From Nemertoderma westbladi (Eukaryota > Animalia > Xenacoelomorpha), in assembly GCA_032718475.1 (NCBI GenBank), contig JAUCBJ010001154.1, positions 1 to 64,000 of the forward strand: a stretch of 64,000 nt of DNA, written 5' to 3'. The number at the start of each line of letters is the position of its first letter. Position 1 is the first letter of the stretch. Position numbers and translations under genes: made by a program. This document shows, piece by piece, positions 55,701 to 64,000 of the stretch. The notes under the pieces are model-generated. The model had not been told where the DNA came from. It searched no databases and was given only the letters and a program-made list of their open reading frames with translations.

Positions 55701-58700
55701 TACTCAATCACAAGTACCAATCAGTTAGTGACACAATCACAAGTACCAACAGTTAGTGACACAATCACAAGTACCAACAGTTAGTGACACAATCACACAT
55801 TTCCAGCAGTTAGTGACACAATCACACGTACCAGCAGTTAGTGACACAATCACACGTACCCAACAGTTAGTGACACAATTACACGTACCCAACAGTTAGA
55901 GACACAATCACACGTACCCAACAGTTAGTGACACAATCACACGTACCCAATAGTTAGTGACACAATCACACGTACCCAACAGTTAGTGACACAATCACAC
56001 GTACCCAATAGTTAGTGACACAATCAAAAGTACCAACAGTTAGTGACACAATCACACGTACCCAACAGTTAGTGACACAATTACAAGTACCAATCAGTTA
56101 GTGACACAATCACAAGTACCCAGCAGTTAGTGACACAATTACACGTACCCAATAGTTAGTGACACAATCAAAAGTACCAACAGTTAGTGACACAATTACA
56201 CGTACCCAACAGTTAGTGACACAATTACAAGTACCAGCAGTTAGTGACACAATCACAAGTACCAACAGTTAGTGACACAATCACTAGTACCCAGCAGTTA
56301 GTGACACAATCACAAGTACCAATCAGTTAGTGACACAATCACAAGTACCAACAGTTAGTGACACAATCACTAGTACCCAGCAGTTAGTGACACAATCACA
56401 AGTACCAATCAGTTAGTGACACAATCACAAGTACCCAGCAGTTAGTGACACAATTACACGTACCCAATAGTTAGTGACACAATCACAAGTACCAACAGAT
56501 AGTGACACAATTACACGTACCCAATAGTTAGTGACACAATCACAGTACCCAATAGTTAATGACACAATCTACACACCCATCAGTTAGTGCCACAATCACA
56601 AGTACCCAGCAGTTAGTGACACAATTACACGTACCCAATAGTTAGTGACACAATCACAAGTACCAACAGTTAGTGACACAATCACACGTACCCAACAGTT
56701 AGTGACACAATCACACGTACCCAACAGTTAATGACATAATCTACACACCCATCAGTTAGTGACACAATCACACGTACCCAATAGTTAGTGACACAATAAC
56801 AAGTACCAACAGTTAGTGACACAATCACACGTACCCAACAGTTAATGACATAATCTACACACCCATCAGTTAGTGACACAATCACACGTACCCAATAGTT
56901 AGTGACACAATAACAAGTACCAACAGTTAGTGATACAATCACACGTATCCAACAGTTAGTGACACAATCACACGTACCCAGCAGTTAGTGACACAATCAC
57001 ACGTACCAGCAGTTAGTGACACAATCACACGTACCCAACAGTTAATGACATAATCTACACACCCATCAGTTAGTGACACAATCACAAGTACCCAACAGTT
57101 AATGACATAATCTACACACCCATCAGTTAGTGACACAATCACAAGTTCCAACAGTTAGTGACACAATCACACGTACCCAACAGTTAGTGACACAATCACA
57201 CGTACGCAGCAGTTAGTGACACAATCACACGTACCCAATAGTTAGTGACACAATCACACGTACCCAATAGTTAGTGACACAATTACACGTACCCAACAGT
57301 TAGTGACACAATCACACGCACCCAATAGTTAGTGACACAATCACAAGTACCAACAGTTAGTGACACAATCACACGTACCCAACAGTTAGTGACACAATTA
57401 CACGTACCCAATAGATAGTGACACAATTACACGTACCCAATAGTTAGTGACACAATTACACGTACCCAATAGTTAGTGACACAATCACACATTTCCAGCA
57501 GTTAGTGCCACAATCACACGTACCAGCAGTTAGTGACACAATTACACGTACCCAATAGTTAGTGACACAATCACACGTACCCAACAGTTAGTGACACAAT
57601 TACACGTACCCAACAGTTAGTGACACAATCACACGTACCCAACAGTTAGTGACACAATCACACGTACCCAATAGTTAGTGACACAATTACACGTACCCAA
57701 TAGTTAGTGACACAATCACACATTTCCAGCAGTTAGTGCCACAATCACACGTACCAGCAGTTAGTGCCACAATTACACGTACCCAATAGATAGTGACACA
57801 ATTACACGTACCCAATAGTTAGTGACACAATTACACGTACCCAATAGTTAGTGACAAAATTACACGTACCCAATAGTTAGTGACACAATCACACATTTCC
57901 AGCAGTTAGTGCCACAATCACACGTACCAGCAGTTAGTGCCACAATCACACGTAGCCAATAGATAGTGACACAATTACACGTACCCAATAGTTAGTGACA
58001 CAATTACACGTACCCAATAGTTAGTGACACTATCACACATTTCCAGCAGTTAGTGCCACAATCACACGTACCAGCAGTTAGTGCCACAATCACACGTAGC
58101 CAACAGTTAGTGACACAATCACACGTACCCAACAGTTAGTGACACAATCACAAGTTCCAACAGTTAGTGACACAATCACACGTACCAGCAGTTAGTGACA
58201 CAATCACACGTACCCAACAGTTAGTGACACAATCACAAGTTCCAACAGTTAGTGACACAATCACACGTACCAGCAGTTAGTGACACAATCACACGTACCC
58301 AACAGTTAGTGACACAATTACACGTACCCAATAGATAATGACACAATTACACGTACCCAATAGTTAGTGACACAATCACACGTACCCAATAGTTAGTGAC
58401 ACAATCACACATTTCCAGCAGTTAGTGCCACAATCACACGTAGCCAACAGTTATTTACACAATCACAAGTAACAATCAGTTAGTGCCACAATCACACGTA
58501 CCCGACAGTTAGTGACACAATCACACGCACCCAATAGTTAGTGACACAATCACACGTACCCGACAGTTAGTGACACAATCACAAGTACCAACAGTTAGTG
58601 ACACAATCACACGTACCCGACAGTTAGTGCCACAATCACACGCACCCAATAGTTAGTGACACAATCACAAGTACCAACAGTTAGTGACACAATCACACGT

Positions 58701-61700
58701 ACCCGACAGTTAGTGACACAATTACACGTACCCAACAGTTAGTGACACAATCACACGCACCCAATAGTTAGTGACACAATCACAAGTACCAACAGTTAGT
58801 GACACAATCACACGTACCAGCAGTTAGTGACACAATCACACGTACCAGCAGTTAGTGACACAATCACACGTACCAGCAGTTAGTGACACAATCACACGTA
58901 CCCAACAGTTAGTGACACAATCACACGTACTCAACAGTTAGTGACACAATTACACGTACCCAGCAGTTAGTGACACAATCACAAGTACCAACAGTTAGTG
59001 ACACAATCACACGTACCAGCAGTTAGTGACACAATTACACGTACCCAACAGTTAGTGACACAATCACACGTACCCAACAGTTAGTGACACAATTACACGT
59101 ACCCAACAGTTAGTGACACAATCACACGTACCCAACAGTTAGTGACACAATCACACGTACCCAACAGTTAGTGACACAATCTACACACCCAGCAGTTAGT
59201 GACACAATCACACGCACCCAACAGTTAGTGACACAATTACACGTACCCAATAGTTAGTGACACAATCACACGTACCCAACAGTTAGTGACACAATCACAC
59301 GTACCCAACAGATAGTGACACAATTACACGTACCCAATAGTTAGTGACACAATCACAAGTACCAACAGTTAGTGACACAATTACACGTACCCAACAGTTA
59401 GTGACACAATCACACGTACCCAACAGTTAGTGACACAATCACACGTACCCAACAGTTAGTGACACAATCTACACACCCAGCAGTTAGTGACACAATCACA
59501 CGCACCCAACAGTTAGTGACACAATTACACGTACCCAATAGTTAGTGACACAATCACACGTACCCAGCAGTTAGTGACACAATCACACGTACCCAACAGT
59601 TAGTGACACAATCACACGTACCCAACAGATAGTGACACAATTACACGTACCCAATAGTTAGTGACACAATCACAAGTACCAACAGTTAGTGACACAATCA
59701 CACGTACCAGCAGTTAGTGACACAATCACACGTACCCAACAGTTAGTGACACAATCACACGTACCCAACAGTTAGTGACACAATCACACGTACCCAACAG
59801 ATAGTGACACAATTACACGTACCCAATAGTTAGTGACACAATCACAAGTACCAACAGTTAGTGACACAATCACACGTACCAGCAGTTAGTGACACAATCA
59901 CACGTACCCAGCAGTTAGTGACACAATCACACGTACCCAACAGTTAGTGACACAATCACACGTACCCAACAGATAGTGACACAATTACACGTACCCAATA
60001 GTTAGTGACACAATCACAAGTACCAACAGTTAGTGACACAATCACACGTACCAGCAGTTAGTGACACAATCACACGTACCCAACAGTTAGTGACACAATC
60101 ACACGTACCCAACAGTTAGTGACACAATCACACGTACCCAACAGATAGTGACACAATTACACGTACCCAATAGTTAGTGACACAATCACACGTACCCAGC
60201 AGTTAGTGACACAATCACACGTACCCAACAGTTAGTGACACAATCACACGTACCAGCAGTTAGTGACACAATCACACGTACCCAACAGTTAGTGACACAA
60301 TCACACGTACCCGATAGTTAGTGACACAATCACACGTACCCAATAGTTAATGACACAATCACACATTTCCAGCAGTTAGTGACACAATCACACATTTCCA
60401 GCAGTTAGTTACTCAATCACAAGTACCAATCAGTTAGTGACACAATCACAAGTACCAACAGTTAGTGACACAATCACAAGTACCAACAGTTAGTGACACA
60501 ATCACACATTTCCAGCAGTTAGTGACACAATCACACGTACCAGCAGTTAGTGACACAATCACACGTACCCAACAGTTAGTGACACAATTACACGTACCCA
60601 ACAGTTAGAGACACAATCACACGTACCCAACAGTTAGTGACACAATCACACGTACCCAATAGTTAGTGACACAATCACACGTACCCAACAGTTAGTGACA
60701 CAATCACACGTACCCAATAGTTAGTGACACAATCAAAAGTACCAACAGTTAGTGACACAATTACACGTACCCAACAGTTAGTGACACAATTACAAGTACC
60801 AATCAGTTAGTGACACAATCACAAGTACCCAGCAGTTAGTGACACAATTACACGTACCCAATAGTTAGTGACACAATCAAAAGTACCAACAGTTAGTGAC
60901 ACAATTACACGTACCCAACAGTTAGTGACACAATTACAAGTACCAGCAGTTAGTGACACAATCACAAGTACCAACAGTTAGTGACACAATCACTAGTACC
61001 CAGCAGTTAGTGACACAATCACAAGTACCAATCAGTTAGTGACACAATCACAAGTACCAACAGTTAGTGACACAATCACTAGTACCCAGCAGTTAGTGAC
61101 ACAATCACAAGTACCAATCAGTTAGTGACACAATCACAAGTACCCAGCAGTTAGTGACACAATTACACGTACCCAATAGTTAGTGACACAATCACAAGTA
61201 CCAACAGTTAGTGACACAATCACACGTACCCAACAGTTAGTGACACAATCACAAGTACCCAGCAGTTAGTGACACAATCACAAGTACCAATCAGTTAGTG
61301 ACACAATCACAAGTACCCAGCAGTTAGTGACACAATTACACGTACCCAATAGTTAGTGACACAATCACAAGTACCAACAGTTAGTGACACAATCACACGT
61401 ACCCAATAGTTAGTGACACAATCAAAAGTACCAACAGTTAGTGACACAATTACACGTACCCAATAGTTAGTGACACAATCAAAAGTACCAACAGTTAGTG
61501 ACACAATTACACGTACCCAACAGTTAGTGACACAATTACAAGTACCAGCAGTTAGTGACACAATCACAAGTACCAACAGTTAGTGACACAATCACTAGTA
61601 CCCAGCAGTTAGTGACACAATCACACGTACCCAACAGTTAGTGACACAATTACAAGTACCAGCAGTTAGTGACACAATCACAAGTACCAACAGTTAGTGA

Positions 61701-64000
61701 CACAATCACTAGTACCCAGCAGTTAGTGACACAATCACAAGTACCAATCAGTTAGTGACACAATCACAAGCACCCATCAGTTAGTGACACAATTACACGT
61801 ACCCAATAGTTAGTGACACAATCACAAGTACCAACAGTTAGTGACACAATCACACGTACCCAACAGTTAGTGACACAATCACAAGTACCCAGCAGTTAGT
61901 GACACAATCACAAGTACCCAACAGTTAGTGACACAATCACAAGTACCCAGCAGTTAGTGACAAAATTAGAAGTACCAGCAGTTAGTGACACAATTACAAG
62001 TACCAGCAGTTAGTGACACAATCTACACACCCAGCAGTTAGTGACACAATCACACGTACCCAACAGTTAGTGACACAATCACACGTACCCAATAGTTAAT
62101 TACACAATCTACACACCCAGCAGTTAGTGACATAATCACAAGTACCCAACAGTTAATGACATAATCTACACACCCAGCAGTTAGTGACACAATTACAAGT
62201 ACCAGCAGTTAGTGACACAATCTACACACCCAGCAGTTAGTGACACAATCACACGTACCCAACAGTTAGTGACACAATCACACGTACCCAATAGTTAATG
62301 ACATAATCTACACACCCATCAGTTAGTGACACAATCACAAGTACCCAATAGTTAGTGACACAATTACACGTACCCAATAGTTAGTGACACAATCACAAGT
62401 ACCCAGCAGTTAGTGGCACAATTACACGTACCCAATAGTTAGTGACACAATCACAAGTACCAACAGTTAGTGACACAATCACACGTACCCAACAGTTAGT
62501 GACACAATCACAAGTACCCAGCAGTTAGTGGCACAATTACACGTACCCAATAGTTAGTGACACAATCACAAGTACCAACAGTTAGTGACACAATCACACG
62601 TACCCAACAGTTAGTGACACAATCACAAGTACCCAGCAGTTAGTGACACAATTACACGTACCCAATAGTTAGTGACACAATCACAAGTACCAACAGTTAG
62701 TGACACAATCACACGTACCCAATAGTTAGTGACACAATCACAAGTACCCAACAGTTAGTGACACAATCACAAGTACCCAGCAGTTAGTGACACAATTACA
62801 CGTACCCAATTGTTAGTGACACAATCACAAGTACCAACAGTTAGTGACACAATCACACGTACCCAACAGTTAGTGACACAATCACACGTACCCAATAGTT
62901 AATGACACAATCTACACACCCATCAGTTAGTGCCACAATCACAAGTACCCAGCAGTTAGTGACACAATTACACGTACCCAATAGTTAGTGACACAATCAC
63001 AAGTACCAACAGTTAGTGACACAATCACACGTACCCAACAGTTAGTGACACAATCACACGTACCCAACAGTTAATGACATAATCTACACACCCATCAGTT
63101 AGTGACACAATCACACGTACCCAATAGTTAGTGACACAATAACAAGTACCAACAGTTAGTGACACAATCACACGTACCCAACAGTTAATGACATAATCTA
63201 CACACCCATCAGTTAGTGACACAATCACACGTACCCAATAGTTAGTGACACAATAACAAGTACCAACAGTTAGTGATACAATCACACGTATCCAACAGTT
63301 AGTGACACAATCACACGTACCCAGCAGTTAGTGACACAATCACACGTACCAGCAGTTAGTGACACAATCACACGTACCCAACAGTTAATGACATAATCTA
63401 CACACCCATCAGTTAGTGACACAATCACAAGTACCCAACAGTTAATGACATAATCTACACACCCATCAGTTAGTGACACAATCACAAGTTCCAACAGTTA
63501 GTGACACAATCACACGTACCCAACAGTTAGTGACACAATCACACGTACGCAGCAGTTAGTGACACAATCACACGTACCAGCAGTTAGTGACACAATCACA
63601 CGTACCCAACAGTTAATGACATAATCTACACACCCATCAGTTAGTGACACAATCACACGTACCCAATAGTTAGTGACACAATCACAAGTACCAACAGTTA
63701 GTGACACAATCACACGTACCCAACAGTTAGTGACACAATCACACGTACCCAGCCGTTAGTGACACAATCACACGTACCAACAGTTAGTGACACAATCACA
63801 CGTACCCAGCAGTTAGTGACACAATCACACGTACCAGCAGTTAGTGACACAATCACACGTACCCAACAGTTAATGACATAATCTACACACCCATCAGTTA
63901 GTGACACAATCACACGTACCCAATAGTTAGTGACACAATCACAAGTACCAACAGTTAGTGACACAATCACACGTACCCAACAGTTAGTGACGCAATCACA
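28788..64000 (+). repeat. 28-29 bp tandem satellite (>35 kb, ~1200+ copies, runs off the window), starting at a donor-like GTTAGT
   Basis: Consensus GTTAGTGACACAATCACACGTACCCAACA with 28-bp variants (...AAGTACCAACA, ...CGTACCAGCA). Multi-kb higher-order duplications are visible from rare variants. Confidence 0.97.

Noticed and set aside
28767-63970. Short Cys/Val-rich minus-strand ORFs (MIVSLTVGTCDCVTN...)
   Set aside because: These are chance open stretches produced by alternating 28- and 29-bp satellite units.
1-64000. CRISPR array interpretation of the 44-, 37- and 29-bp repeats
   Set aside because: Units are head-to-tail with no unique spacers, there are no cas genes, and the context is a spliced eukaryotic gene.

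Overview
This is eukaryotic (animal, probably invertebrate) genomic DNA covering the 3' half of a spliced ionotropic glutamate receptor (iGluR) gene on the + strand. Four exons join in frame: 24601-25096 (M2-M3 linker, M3, S2), 26345-26493 (end of S2, pre-M4), 28074-28167 (M4) and a probable C-terminal exon at 28648-28787. About 86% of the window is three tandem arrays: 44 bp (1-~17845), 37 bp (~18989-21358) and 28-29 bp (28788 to window end). The main observation is that several repeats are amplified splice junctions of the gene itself. The 44-bp unit is the end of the pore-loop exon (T-L-A-T-L-M-Q-Q-G, including the Q/R site) plus a canonical GT(G/A)AGT donor, repeated about 400 times. The M4 acceptor is tandemly repeated. 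The 35-kb array starts exactly at the GTTAGT donor-like site of the last visible exon and repeats it more than 1200 times. The long repetitive ORFs in the track are satellite artefacts. All calls are by eye and no database searches were run.
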